NCBI GenBank assembly: GCA_041654875.1
Contig: JBAZCP010000001.1
Location: forward strand, 16,408-80,407
Direction: 5' to 3'
From: Candidatus Cloacimonadales bacterium
Lineage (GTDB): Bacteria; Cloacimonadota; Cloacimonadia; Cloacimonadales; WRIO01
DNA length: 64,000 bases
Shown here: in pieces, positions 54,336-64,000 of the stretch
How positions within the stretch are numbered: position 1 is the stretch's first letter
Layout of the letters: the number at the start of each line of letters is the position of its first letter
Program-made: the position numbers and the translations under genes
The notes under the pieces: model-generated
Database searches by the model: none
Seen by the model: the letters and a program-made list of their open reading frames with translations, nothing else
What the model was told of the DNA's origin: nothing

Positions 54336-55895
54336 TTGTTACAATTAACTATACCACAAGAGAAAATAGAGGCTGCAAGAGAGTATGCAAAGCAGATCAC
54401 AAGCACTCTTAAAGACTTGCTAAATGCTTATAGCTCTGTCACTATTGAAAGAACTGTATTACGATTATTGGGAATAGACGGAGCACTTGCCGATGGAACA
54501 CCTCTGCCAAACTTTTTAGTAGATCAATTAAAAGAAAAAAATGCATTAGATAAAGGTGCTGCTTATTGGATATCTAATGCTATGGTGTCTACAGGATTAA
54601 CTGCACAAGAAGTGGCAGAAAATGTCAAAGATGGAAAAATAGAACTCACACAAATTATACAGCAACCAATTGAAAAAACTATTAAAGTTATGAATGAGCT
54701 AACTGATAAAATGTTAGCCCATATTAAAAAGCAGAAAGCCACAAGAGACGAATATTTTGCCAAATATGGTGAAAGAAATAAACCTTCTTTATATGTAATT
54801 GTTGCAACAGGTAATATATATGAAGATGCATTGCAAGCAAGAGCCGCAGCAAAGCAAGGTGCTGATATTATTGCTGTTATACGTTCTACAGCACAATCAT
54901 TGCTTGATTATGTTCCATATGGTGCAACAACAGAGGGATTTGGTGGTACTTTCGCGACACAAGAAAACTTTAGAATAATGAGAAAAGCACTGGATGAAGT
55001 TGGTGAAGAGTTAAACAGATATATCAGCTTAACCAACTATGCGTCAGGTCTTTGTATGCCAGAAATTGCTGCAATGGGGGCAATGGAAAGATTAGATTTG
55101 ATGCTAAATGATGCGATGTATGGAATTCTCTTTCGAGATATTAATCCACAAAGAACACTTTTAGACCAATACTTTTCACGCATGATAAACGCTATTGCTG
55201 GCATCGAAATACAAACAGGTGAAGATAATTATCTCACAACTTCTGATGCTATTGAAAAGGCATATACAGTTACTGCTTCTCAGCTTATAAATGAATCTTT
55301 TGCTCACTTATCAGGTGTTAAACCCGAAAAGATGGGTATTGGTCATGCGTTTGAAATCGATCCAACAATCGAAAACTCTTTTATGTATGAGTTATCACAT
55401 GCACTTTTGACCAAAACTCTTTTCCCAGATTCCCCAATCAAATACATGCCTCCAACAAAACACGTTACAGGGAATATTTTCGAAGCTTATGTTATAAATG
55501 CATTGTTTAATATGGTTGCTCAAATGACAGGTCAGGGAGTACAGTTATTGGGAATGCTTACAGAGGCTGTTCATACTCCACATCTTGCCGATAGGGCTTT
55601 GGCTATTGATAATGCACAATATGTCTTTAATGCTGTAAAAGATTTTAACAAAGAAATTTCTATAGATAAAGATGGATTTATAAATAAAAGAGCAGAAAAA
55701 GTACTTGATGAAGCGATAGTATTTTTGAAGCGTGTTGCAGAGCAGGGATTCTTTAATGCACTCGAAAAGGGTGAATTTGCAGATATCAAAAGAACTCAGA
55801 CTACAGGAAAAGGCTTAGATGGTGTGTTTCGAAAGTCTGATAGCTATATCAATCCATTTATGGATAAAATAAAACAAGAATTAAATATAAATTAA
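54336..55895 (+). CDS. kamD: D-lysine/beta-lysine 5,6-aminomutase alpha subunit
   Basis: 519 aa. VTIERTVLRLLGIDGA...PLPNFLVDQL N-terminal pattern and overall TIM-barrel-sized subunit. TTG start with a strong RBS. Partnered with a B12/PLP beta subunit. Confidence 0.8.
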   Translation: MLQLTIPQEKIEAAREYAKQITSTLKDLLNAYSSVTIERTVLRLLGIDGALADGTPLPNFLVDQLKEKNALDKGAAYWISNAMVSTGLTAQEVAENVKDGKIELTQIIQQPIEKTIKVMNELTDKMLAHIKKQKATRDEYFAKYGERNKPSLYVIVATGNIYEDALQARAAAKQGADIIAVIRSTAQSLLDYVPYGATTEGFGGTFATQENFRIMRKALDEVGEELNRYISLTNYASGLCMPEIAAMGAMERLDLMLNDAMYGILFRDINPQRTLLDQYFSRMINAIAGIEIQTGEDNYLTTSDAIEKAYTVTASQLINESFAHLSGVKPEKMGIGHAFEIDPTIENSFMYELSHALLTKTLFPDSPIKYMPPTKHVTGNIFEAYVINALFNMVAQMTGQGVQLLGMLTEAVHTPHLADRALAIDNAQYVFNAVKDFNKEISIDKDGFINKRAEKVLDEAIVFLKRVAEQGFFNALEKGEFADIKRTQTTGKGLDGVFRKSDSYINPFMDKIKQELNIN

Positions 55896-55907
55896 AAAGG
55901 AGATTAA

Positions 55908-56660
55908 ATGCAAAACAAAATTGACCAAAGTTATATACGCCCTTATGGAGACACAAATAATGATGGACGAATTCAAATCTCCTTTTCAATGCCGGTAAAG
56001 GCTGATGAAACTGGTAAAGAGGCTGCAAGGATATTATTAAGACAAATGGGGCTTGAAGAGATAGAAATATGCTATATTGGTGACCTATCAGAAGGCTTTT
56101 CCCATATAGTTGCATATGGAAACACTAAGGCATATGTTGATTTAACAAAGATTAAAATAAAAACTGTGGATACAGAAGTAATGACAATGGATGAAACCGA
56201 CGAGTTTGTTGACAAAAACATAGGTCGCAAGATAACAATTATTGGTGCTTGTATTGAGTCAGATGCTCATACTGTTGGTATTGATGCCATAATTAATATG
56301 AAAGGGTATAATCACCGTTTTGGACTTGAAAGATATAGAAGCTTCAATGCCCTGAATATGGGTGCACAAGTATTATCTGAAGATCTTTTATCAAAAGCCA
56401 GAGAAATGAATGCAGATGTGGTGTTAGTATCTCAAATAGTAACCCAAAAGAATATTCATATACAAAATCTTACAAAGCTTATAGAAATGGCTGAGGCTGA
56501 AGGGCTAAGAGATAAGATGCTTTTTATTTGTGGTGGTCCTCGCATTACTCATGAGCTTGCAATAGAGCTTGGATATGATGCAGGATTTGGAGCAGGTTCA
56601 TATTCAACAGATGTCGCTTCATATATAGTGCAAGAAATGACTAAAAGAAAAGAATTATAA
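55908..56660 (+). CDS. kamE: D-lysine/beta-lysine 5,6-aminomutase beta subunit (cobalamin- and PLP-binding)
   Basis: 250 aa. DAHTVGIDAIINMKG. The DxHxxG base-off/His-on motif has a Lys exactly 11 residues after the His, matching the His133/Lys144 spacing of characterised KamE. Confidence 0.85.
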   Translation: MQNKIDQSYIRPYGDTNNDGRIQISFSMPVKADETGKEAARILLRQMGLEEIEICYIGDLSEGFSHIVAYGNTKAYVDLTKIKIKTVDTEVMTMDETDEFVDKNIGRKITIIGACIESDAHTVGIDAIINMKGYNHRFGLERYRSFNALNMGAQVLSEDLLSKAREMNADVVLVSQIVTQKNIHIQNLTKLIEMAEAEGLRDKMLFICGGPRITHELAIELGYDAGFGAGSYSTDVASYIVQEMTKRKEL

Positions 56661-56687
56661 CATAAATAAGTTAAACAAAGGAATAAA

Positions 56688-59600
56688 ATGCTAAGCACCT
56701 TAAGTTCAATATTTTCTAAAAGCTCTCAGCGGCTTTTAAACTCTTATCGCGTTGATTCTAACAATACACATAAAATCATTCAAAAACTTTTTGAATTAGA
56801 TGCAGTTGATGAACTGCTGAGTATATCAGAGATAGACCCAAAAGTAAGAGATTCTATAATACTAAAGTTGTTACAAGAACACAAATTAGAGATCTTACAT
56901 TTAGAGTATATTCTACAATGGTTAGAGCCATCAAAGATGCAATCACATATACTAACTTATTTAAAGAATAGGGTAGAAAAAAAGCATATAGAAAAGCTTG
57001 TCAAAAACACGTATCTCGATGAAAATGCAAGAAGAGGATTAAAAAGCATACTAACCAATCAGCAAAAACCAATAGAAAACCCAAATGAGTTATATACAAC
57101 TGATGAAAAGTATTTAAAACTGAAAATGATTTACGCTGAGTCAAAAGAAATATATGCTGAGGAAGATAAAAACCTTTACTTTGATACAGTAGAATTAAAC
57201 GAGATTGTTTTAAAGTTTTTATCAAACTATCAAGCTAAGAGTCCAAACAGAGAAGAATTCTTAATTAACTTTATTAATGAAAATTATTTACTTGAACCAC
57301 CAAATAAAGAGAGTTTATTAACAATACTCGGTTTTTTAGATATGAGCCTTGATGAAAAGATTAGCTTGATTGAGCATTTGCAATCAGATTATTTTTACGA
57401 GCCAGACTTCTTCTTTTGCTTTACAAATTTTCAATTTGGTGATGTAGAAAAGATGCAAAATATTCTATCAAGACCTATTGTAAATAAATGGATTGATACA
57501 TATTTCAAGAACAGTTATTACCATGATCTTATTTGGTTGAGTCATTTTTATCCAGGGTTTGAGTGGGTAGAACCATTTGTAAAAGAACGATTCGACGCAA
57601 AAATTGTCGATAATTTATATTTTAATGAAAACTCACACCTTACGAAGAAATTAAATCTCACCCTATTTGAGATGATTACAGAGAGCATCATATTAGACAA
57701 CCTTGAAAAAAGCTCACGTTCACTCCATGATCTCATTGACTCAAGACTTGAACATGCAAATTTTGAAATAGACTATTATCTAAAAGCACTTTCTATGATT
57801 GGTGGTAAAGTCAATTTTGAATATTTAGCCAAACAAACTAAGAAAAAACCAGTTGAAAATGTACAAGTTGCTCAATTAGAAGTAGAAAGAAAGTATCTTA
57901 AATTAAAGAAAAATGCAAATACCGCAGAACAAATACAAAAACTTGTTGAAGAAGAAGAAAACGATAAACAAAAAATAATCTATGCATATTACTATAGCTC
58001 ATTTATGAAAGTATGGATAGAAAATATTTCTATGTTAAAATATGTTTCAGACGATCTAAGAAAGCTTTTGACAGTAAACATACCAGATTTGAAAGGCTTT
58101 GCAGCAGACTCAGATTTAGAATCTAAAATTATGATATGCAAATTGATAGCTTTATTAAAGATTGAAGATCAAAGATCTATTTTAGAAGAGTTTGTAAAGT
58201 CCAAAAAAACTTCATTAGCAATACAAGCTATACTATCTCTTAAAAGCTTAGGTGATGATATAAGTATTTATATCCAAGATTTGGCATATTCAAATGATGT
58301 TTTAGTTAGGCAAGAATTAGCACGGTCCTTACATCTATTTAGAGATGATTATGATGAAATCACAATTGTAAAGATGGCATTGGACAATAATGCTCTTGTT
58401 AGTGAATATACAATGAACTTTATTGCTTCTCTCAACCAGGATTTTTGTTTGAGGATTTTTACTGAAATCCATCAAAAAATCCAATTAAAAAATAGATATC
58501 ACATGATTCAAATATTCTCTCAATTAAATACTATAAAAGTTATTCCAATAATAATTGAACTGCTCAAAAATGGGGATAATAATCTATATCTTGAAGGTAT
58601 CAAAGCATTTGCAAATATCGATCACCCTTTATCAATATATATATTGAGCAATATTGAACTTGATAAAAACTTTGTTTTAGAGCTTGAACGAACAAAAGCT
58701 TTAATTAATCTCGGTAACTTTAATGCATGGATTAATCTTACAAAATACTTTACAATTAACCATACAATGGTACAACAATATGCAAAGATTTTGTATATAC
58801 AATTAGCAGGTCTTGAACAAATTAAGACAGTTTTGATGTTATGTAAAGACCAAAATGCTCTTGTTGCAGGGTTTGCAATTGTTAAATTATATCTATATAA
58901 TGAAATAGCTGCTAACGAGATAATCGACGATCTGTTTGAAAGTCAAGCTTACAACAAGCTTTATTATTTGTCAGTTTTCTTTTCATTATTGCCATACAAT
59001 GAAGTAAAAGACAAAATCAAGATACTGTATAACAGTAATTCTCTTAAATGTAAAACCATTGCAACAATAATAATGGCAAAAAACGATGAACTAAATTTGA
59101 TAGATCAATTAGAAAAAAATACTCTTAGTATGGATGATCCAGAACATAAAGAAATTGTCTTGGCATTAAATGACTATCCTGACAAAATAGCTTATAATCT
59201 AATAAAAACTATCTCATCCTTTCAAAATAGTCAAAATATCGGAATTGCCTTAAAAGCATTAGACAAAATATACCATGAAGATAATAATAGTTTTATACAA
59301 AACTTATGGAATAAAGGCGATAATGATACAAAAATACATATTGTTGACTATATAATTCGCTCTAATAATGAAGTTTTGTATGAATTTATAAAAGTACAGA
59401 TTGATTATGTGTCCTTTGACGTACAAGCACATATATATCGTGCTATTATTACTATAGAAAACTCTGATAATGCATGGGCTGCTCTTGATGAGCTCATAAG
59501 AGCAGATGAAATTGATATAAAACGTTCTGCTATTGAAGCACTTTCCATGATAGAAGATCAAAAAACAATAAATATTCTAAACAAGTATTTGAGTTCACCA

Positions 59601-60596
59601 TCAGAAGAAGTATTAATAGAGGTTATAAAAGCACTTGGCTTTACTGGCAACCCAGAAGTTATGAATCTTTTAAGTAAGTATACAGAATCATCATCTCCTC
59701 GTTTAAAAATTGCATTAGCTACAGCCTTGGGTAACCTGCCCTTCAAAGATAGCTTGAAAATATTAAAAAAACTTAGTATTGATCGAGATGAATATGTGAA
59801 AGTGACAGCAGATGTTTCTATTGAAAAGCTGCAACGTGGTATTGATATTCCTATAAAACCATTTATTGAAATGATTGATGACATGCTTGAAGAGAATACT
59901 TGGAAGCTGACAAATGATTGGTTTTCAAGAGAATATACATTGTTTTTAACAAAATACTCAAAATACGAATTAAAGAGCATTGATACATTTGTTAAAAAAA
60001 CGATCTTAGAGCAAGATGACTATACAAGTTATGTAGAAGATTTGAAAAAAGAGCTTGATAAAGAGTTAAAAGCGTCCAGCGATACCCAAAATATAGTAAA
60101 ATTAAAAGAAGATTATGAGAAAAACCTCGAGAAAATTATGCCAAAAAATGAGCTAATTATTGCTCTTTTATTAAATGATTTAGAAAAAGTAACCAAAATG
60201 GAATATAATATTATTAAGGCTGTTATCAAATCAAAAGATCCTATTTTGACCAAAGCATTGGTGCTTAATATATGTAAGTCTCAAACGTCAAATAAATCTG
60301 AATTAATTAGATTAATTATATCTGTCAAAGAAAATGAAATTTTAAATGATTTTATTATTTACTGCACCTCACAATCAAAAGAATTTTCTCATATGCAAAT
60401 ACTCTCAGAGTTGATATATAATGATAGAGCACGGTTTTATCTTATTTATCTATTTAGTTATTATTGTGTAAATTTTAAATGGGTCGACAAAACCATTCTC
60501 AAATCAGTTTTTAACACGTTGTCAAAATCTTCTGTTGACGACTTAATCAAATCAAATATTATATCAATAATAAAACAGTTAGAAAGAATGTCATGA
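56688..60596 (+). CDS. Orphan 1302-aa all-alpha protein with HEAT/PBS-lyase-like repeats
   Basis: No signal peptide, TM, Walker A or metal motif seen. The central and C-terminal parts carry HEAT-like units (e.g. IKRSAIEALSMIEDQKTINILNKYLSSPSEEVLIEVIKALGFTGNPEVMNLLSKYTESSSPRLKIALATALGNL). ATGA overlap with mazG. Confidence 0.6.
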   Translation: MLSTLSSIFSKSSQRLLNSYRVDSNNTHKIIQKLFELDAVDELLSISEIDPKVRDSIILKLLQEHKLEILHLEYILQWLEPSKMQSHILTYLKNRVEKKHIEKLVKNTYLDENARRGLKSILTNQQKPIENPNELYTTDEKYLKLKMIYAESKEIYAEEDKNLYFDTVELNEIVLKFLSNYQAKSPNREEFLINFINENYLLEPPNKESLLTILGFLDMSLDEKISLIEHLQSDYFYEPDFFFCFTNFQFGDVEKMQNILSRPIVNKWIDTYFKNSYYHDLIWLSHFYPGFEWVEPFVKERFDAKIVDNLYFNENSHLTKKLNLTLFEMITESIILDNLEKSSRSLHDLIDSRLEHANFEIDYYLKALSMIGGKVNFEYLAKQTKKKPVENVQVAQLEVERKYLKLKKNANTAEQIQKLVEEEENDKQKIIYAYYYSSFMKVWIENISMLKYVSDDLRKLLTVNIPDLKGFAADSDLESKIMICKLIALLKIEDQRSILEEFVKSKKTSLAIQAILSLKSLGDDISIYIQDLAYSNDVLVRQELARSLHLFRDDYDEITIVKMALDNNALVSEYTMNFIASLNQDFCLRIFTEIHQKIQLKNRYHMIQIFSQLNTIKVIPIIIELLKNGDNNLYLEGIKAFANIDHPLSIYILSNIELDKNFVLELERTKALINLGNFNAWINLTKYFTINHTMVQQYAKILYIQLAGLEQIKTVLMLCKDQNALVAGFAIVKLYLYNEIAANEIIDDLFESQAYNKLYYLSVFFSLLPYNEVKDKIKILYNSNSLKCKTIATIIMAKNDELNLIDQLEKNTLSMDDPEHKEIVLALNDYPDKIAYNLIKTISSFQNSQNIGIALKALDKIYHEDNNSFIQNLWNKGDNDTKIHIVDYIIRSNNEVLYEFIKVQIDYVSFDVQAHIYRAIITIENSDNAWAALDELIRADEIDIKRSAIEALSMIEDQKTINILNKYLSSPSEEVLIEVIKALGFTGNPEVMNLLSKYTESSSPRLKIALATALGNLPFKDSLKILKKLSIDRDEYVKVTADVSIEKLQRGIDIPIKPFIEMIDDMLEENTWKLTNDWFSREYTLFLTKYSKYELKSIDTFVKKTILEQDDYTSYVEDLKKELDKELKASSDTQNIVKLKEDYEKNLEKIMPKNELIIALLLNDLEKVTKMEYNIIKAVIKSKDPILTKALVLNICKSQTSNKSELIRLIISVKENEILNDFIIYCTSQSKEFSHMQILSELIYNDRARFYLIYLFSYYCVNFKWVDKTILKSVFNTLSKSSVDDLIKSNIISIIKQLERMS

Positions 60597-61381
60597 AATA
60601 TAACTTTAAAAAACTTATGGAAATAGTACAGCAATTAAGACATCCAAAAACTGGTTGCCCTTGGGACAACGCTCAGACAAGCAAGTCATTGGTACCTAAT
60701 TTTATTGAAGAGCTTTACGAATCTATTGAAGCAATTGATAATGAAAATTACGAAGATTTATCTGAAGAGCTTGGCGACCTGCTATTGCATATATGTTTGC
60801 AGATTAATATTGCTGCAGAAAAGAAACAGTTCTCTGATGATGATGTTTTCAAAAAAATTATTGAGAAACTCGTCAGACGTCACCCGCATATATTTGCAGA
60901 CAATAATGCATCCGATGCTAATGAAGTTAAAAAAAATTGGGAAATGATAAAAATGGAGGAGAAAAAGCAAAGAAAGTCAATCCTCGATGGTATTCCAAAA
61001 TCAATGTCGTCATTAATAGTAGCACAAAGGACACAAGAAAAAGCCGCTGCTATAGGATTTGATTGGCAAGATTCTCAGCCAGTATTTGGGAAGCTTGTTG
61101 AAGAGAAAAATGAACTGCTGCAAGCAATCAACTCTAATAATGATGATAATATTGAAGAGGAAATTGGAGATCTATTGTTTACTCTGGTTAATTTATCAAG
61201 AAAACTTGGCTTTGATGCTGATACTGCACTTCGTAAGAGTAATGAAAAATTTACTAATAGATTTAAAAAACTCGAGCAATACTATAAAGACCACCAAATT
61301 GATTTGCAAAAATCCAGTCTCGAAGAAATGGATAAAGTGTGGAATATAATTAAACACTACAAAAATGAGGTTGAAAGTTGA
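60593..61381 (+). CDS. mazG: Nucleoside triphosphate pyrophosphohydrolase MazG (tandem MazG domains)
   Basis: 262 aa. GCPWDNAQT, EELYESIEAI, EELGDLLLH, and a second EEIGDLLFTLVNL. Confidence 0.9.
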   Translation: MKYNFKKLMEIVQQLRHPKTGCPWDNAQTSKSLVPNFIEELYESIEAIDNENYEDLSEELGDLLLHICLQINIAAEKKQFSDDDVFKKIIEKLVRRHPHIFADNNASDANEVKKNWEMIKMEEKKQRKSILDGIPKSMSSLIVAQRTQEKAAAIGFDWQDSQPVFGKLVEEKNELLQAINSNNDDNIEEEIGDLLFTLVNLSRKLGFDADTALRKSNEKFTNRFKKLEQYYKDHQIDLQKSSLEEMDKVWNIIKHYKNEVES

Positions 61382-62922
61382 TTGTATTAAGCCAAAATCA
61401 AATGCAAGAATTAGATTATAATACCTTTAGTTTCTTAAAAAGAACTTCATTGTTTTTAATGGAATTAGCAGGTAAATCATGTGCAGATAAAATAAAAGAT
61501 ATTCTTTTGAAAAAGAATAAATATAATAATATTTATATTATCTGTGGACATGGTAATAATGGGGGAGATGGTTTTGTTATTGCACGCTGGCTTGATCAAC
61601 TATCTTTTAATGTAAAAATAGTTTTTGTAGGAAATATTAATAAATTTTCTGTCGAAACAATGAATAATTATGAAGCATGTATTAATTTAGGTATTAGCAT
61701 GATTAGCATTAAGAATATTGACGAGATTAATGGACAAGACTTTACCGATTCTGTTTGTGTTGATGCTGTCTTTGGTATTGGATTTTCTGGTTTGTTGTCA
61801 GATATTCACTCAAAACTTTTTCAAAAGATTAATGATGAGTCTTATCTTACTATTTCAATAGATTTGCCATCAGGTCTTTGTGCTAATACTGGCTCTGCTG
61901 GTATAAATGCGATCAAAGCTGATTATACTTTGTGTATTGCTTTTCTTAAGTATGGGCATTTAATATATAAAGGAAAAGAAAATTGCGGTACTATAGAAAT
62001 AATCGATATTGGTATACCTAAAACCCTAATAAATAATGAATACACTAATGTTAGATTAGTAACAGAAAGCGATGTTATTTATCCCAAACGATCAATCTTA
62101 AGCCATAAAGGAGATTATGGGAAAGTTGCTATTATTGCTGGATCTGAACAATATACAGGAGCAGCTATATTATCTGCTCGAGCCTGTATCAAGTCAGGTG
62201 CTGGATTGGTCTACTTATTTTCTCCCAGCTCTTTAAAAGGCAGATATGATGGTACTCTGATAGAAGCAATTAAGATTAGTATCCCTGAAAAAAATGGAAA
62301 TCCTAATTGCGATGAATTAGAACAACTTTTAAAATCTATGGATTGTGTTTTAATTGGACCTGGTATAGGTATCAGTGAATATAGCTTATTACTCGTTAAA
62401 ACAGTGCTAAAAATCGCTATTGATATTCCAGTTATTATGGATGCTGACGCACTTAATATTGTTTCTAAAAATAGCGATTTAATGCAAACAATGATAAATG
62501 CTAATATTTTACTTACTCCTCATCTTGCTGAGTTTTCCAGATTGTCTAATCACAATCTTAATGATATGATAGAGAACCAATTAGTTTATTTAAAAGAATT
62601 TGTACAACAATATAATATACCTGTTTTGCTCAAGTCATCAACAAGCCTTTGTGCTTATAAAGAACGTGTAAAGATTGTTTCAAAAGGTAATGATGGTTTG
62701 TCAACGGGAGGTAGTGGTGATGTTTTGGCTGGCATTATATCATCTTTCGTGGCTCAAAATAGAAAATCAAGTAAAGATATAAAAGAAAATCTATTTCACT
62801 CTGCTTATAGTGCTGCATATCTAATGGGGCATACTGCCGATTGTCTAAATGAAATATACGAAACCGCAGCTATAACACCAGTAAACATAATAAATCATAT
62901 ATTTAAAAAATGGAGGACATAA
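61378..62922 (+). CDS. nnr: Bifunctional NAD(P)H-hydrate epimerase / ADP-dependent dehydratase
   Basis: 514 aa. GHGNNGGDGFVIARWL (YjeF-N), and KGDYGKVAIIAGS plus GGSGDVLAG (carbohydrate-kinase-like C-domain). TTG start overlapping the mazG stop. Confidence 0.9.
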   Translation: MIVLSQNQMQELDYNTFSFLKRTSLFLMELAGKSCADKIKDILLKKNKYNNIYIICGHGNNGGDGFVIARWLDQLSFNVKIVFVGNINKFSVETMNNYEACINLGISMISIKNIDEINGQDFTDSVCVDAVFGIGFSGLLSDIHSKLFQKINDESYLTISIDLPSGLCANTGSAGINAIKADYTLCIAFLKYGHLIYKGKENCGTIEIIDIGIPKTLINNEYTNVRLVTESDVIYPKRSILSHKGDYGKVAIIAGSEQYTGAAILSARACIKSGAGLVYLFSPSSLKGRYDGTLIEAIKISIPEKNGNPNCDELEQLLKSMDCVLIGPGIGISEYSLLLVKTVLKIAIDIPVIMDADALNIVSKNSDLMQTMINANILLTPHLAEFSRLSNHNLNDMIENQLVYLKEFVQQYNIPVLLKSSTSLCAYKERVKIVSKGNDGLSTGGSGDVLAGIISSFVAQNRKSSKDIKENLFHSAYSAAYLMGHTADCLNEIYETAAITPVNIINHIFKKWRT

Positions 62923-63635
62923 TGAGTAAGTCAATCGGAGTAATTATTAGCATTAGTATAATACTCTCAGCTTTTATTTTTGGACTTTTTTTCTATAACG
63001 CACAATATCACAAAAACTCAGTTAGAGTTGTCGGATATGCAAGCATGGAATACCCGTCTGATATTGCAAGATGGCAAGTTAGCTTTTATGAAAACACTGG
63101 AATTAACGATTTGGGTAATGGTTATAAAAAGATCTCCAAAACCTTAGATAGTTTTAAGTCATATCTTAGTCAGATTAATTTACCTCTCGAGAACCTATCA
63201 ATCAGAAGCCCGTATACTTATTCAAACTATAGTCAATCAGGTCAGATAATAGGTTATAACATAGAACAAACCGTTATTTATACAATTCAAGATACCAGTC
63301 TTTTTAAGTTTATTGAATATGTAAATAACAAGCCTGATGTTTTGTTTGAACGAGGAGTTAAAACCCGAAACTCAACAATTGAGTACTATATCTCGGAATT
63401 GCCGCAGCTTAAACATAACATAATAGCGGAAGCCACCAAAGACGCCAGAATAAGAGCAAATAAAGTTGCTGAAAGTGGAGGCAATAAAATTGGTAAGGTT
63501 CTTAGTGCACGAGTGGGAGTCTTCCAAATTACAGAACCATTATCAACAGAAGTGCAATCTTATGGTATCTACAATACGTCAACAAGACAAAAACAAATCT
63601 CGGTTACTGTTACAACTGAATTTGAAATCAAATAA
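62922..63635 (+). CDS. SIMPL-domain (DUF541) protein
   Basis: The ATG at 62922 has GGAGG 5 nt upstream and overlaps the nnr TAA by 1 nt (TAATG); the track start at 62910 lies inside the RBS. N-terminal TM, and SIMPL-like ARIRANKVAE...VGVFQITE. Confidence 0.75.
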   Translation: MSKSIGVIISISIILSAFIFGLFFYNAQYHKNSVRVVGYASMEYPSDIARWQVSFYENTGINDLGNGYKKISKTLDSFKSYLSQINLPLENLSIRSPYTYSNYSQSGQIIGYNIEQTVIYTIQDTSLFKFIEYVNNKPDVLFERGVKTRNSTIEYYISELPQLKHNIIAEATKDARIRANKVAESGGNKIGKVLSARVGVFQITEPLSTEVQSYGIYNTSTRQKQISVTVTTEFEIK

Positions 63636-63772
63636 AAACAGAGAAACGTTTTGTAAATTTGTGAAATATATGAGGAGATTGAAAAGTCTTTAGAGCGACT
63701 TGTGATCTTTATCAATTCTGTTATCTTAACATAGTTAACAAAAATTATGATATTAAAAATCTATTAAAGCTG

Positions 63773-64000
63773 TTATTTTTCCAACATTATTGTCACAGGT
63801 CCATCGTTTATCAATGCCACTTTCATATCTGCACCAAATATACCAAGTTTAACAGGTATTCCTATCGATTTTAGTTTTTTAGCAAACCTTTCATACATAT
63901 CGTTAGCAAAATCGGGTTTGGCTGACTGTATGAAATCAGGACGTCTGCCACGATCACAGTTTGCATAAAGTGTAAATTGAGAAACAAGTAATATTTCTCC
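63773..64000 (-). CDS. dtd: D-aminoacyl-tRNA deacylase, 3' part (5' end beyond the window)
   Basis: Absent from the ORF track because there is no in-window start. My translation of the minus strand gives GEILLVSQFTLYANCDRGRRPDFIQSAKPDFANDMYERFAKKLKSIGIPVKLGIFGADMKVALINDGPVTIMLEK*, with the SQFTL, GRRP and NDGPVT hallmarks. Stop at 63775-63773. Confidence 0.9.
   Translation of the reverse strand, partial: GEILLVSQFTLYANCDRGRRPDFIQSAKPDFANDMYERFAKKLKSIGIPVKLGIFGADMKVALINDGPVTIMLEK

Noticed and set aside
59558-59980. 140-aa and neighbouring 85-aa minus-strand ORFs inside the HEAT-repeat gene
   Set aside because: They lie entirely within the long uninterrupted 3.9-kb plus-strand ORF. They are Phe/Ser/Ile-rich, as expected from antisense reading of a Lys/Glu/Asn-rich gene.
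60705-61349. 80-aa and 96-aa same-strand alternative-frame ORFs within mazG
   Set aside because: The MazG frame carries both EExxE/D pyrophosphohydrolase motifs, and the alternative frames have no recognisable features.

Overview
AT-rich bacterial chromosomal window (about 30% G+C by eye). It is densely coding, and I could support no rRNA, tRNA, CRISPR array, transposase, integrase or prophage. All calls come from reading the translated ORFs and the raw sequence; no homology searches were run.

Likely source: the heptose/LPS genes (gmhA, hldD, a GT9 heptosyltransferase), MlaD, a propeller protein with a FlgD/T9SS-type C-terminal sorting domain, and kamDE together suggest an uncultivated diderm of the FCB/Cloacimonadota type. 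This is inference only.

Layout:
- 0.3-3.7 kb (+): wecA-like initiating transferase and the secreted propeller protein.
- 3.7-33.4 kb (-): an unbroken co-directional run of about 30 kb. It holds mutM, gmhA and gdhA, then a tightly packed glycan operon of about 19 kb and 15 genes (7308-26636). After that come holB, a GNAT, a serine-palmitoyltransferase-like enzyme, an AI-2E transporter, a cNMP-binding protein, pcm, surE and a GT2.
- 34-53 kb (+): housekeeping genes, namely HAD, a long U32/RlhA-like protein, tex, a DUF362 Fe-S protein, GT9, a TagF-like protein, panD-panC-lysC plus an orphan receiver, metG, spoIID-like, miaB, mlaD-like, an FKBP lipoprotein, an Ogt-GrpB fusion and DUF192.
- 53.0-54.0 kb (-): hldD.
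- 54.3-63.6 kb (+): a translationally coupled operon, kamD-kamE, an orphan 1302-aa HEAT-like repeat protein, mazG, nnr and a SIMPL protein.
- 63773-64000 (-): a truncated dtd that is missing from the ORF track.

Most unusual observations:
1. A mosaic family of GC-rich intergenic elements at about 4.6, 33.6 and 54.1 kb. It combines an 11-bp tandem repeat with a conserved hairpin whose loop carries CTTGGAGAA.
2. The giant orphan HEAT-like protein embedded behind a stand-alone B12/PLP lysine 5,6-aminomutase pair.
3. The glycan operon, which has no recognisable Wzx, Wzy or ABC exporter. It does contain tandem FdtA paralogues, a FemAB-like enzyme next to the sugar aminotransferase, a GT4-TagF fusion, a TPR-tagged polyprenyl-phosphate GT2 plus GT-C pair, and an AsnB-coupled protein with a possible transglutaminase-like core.
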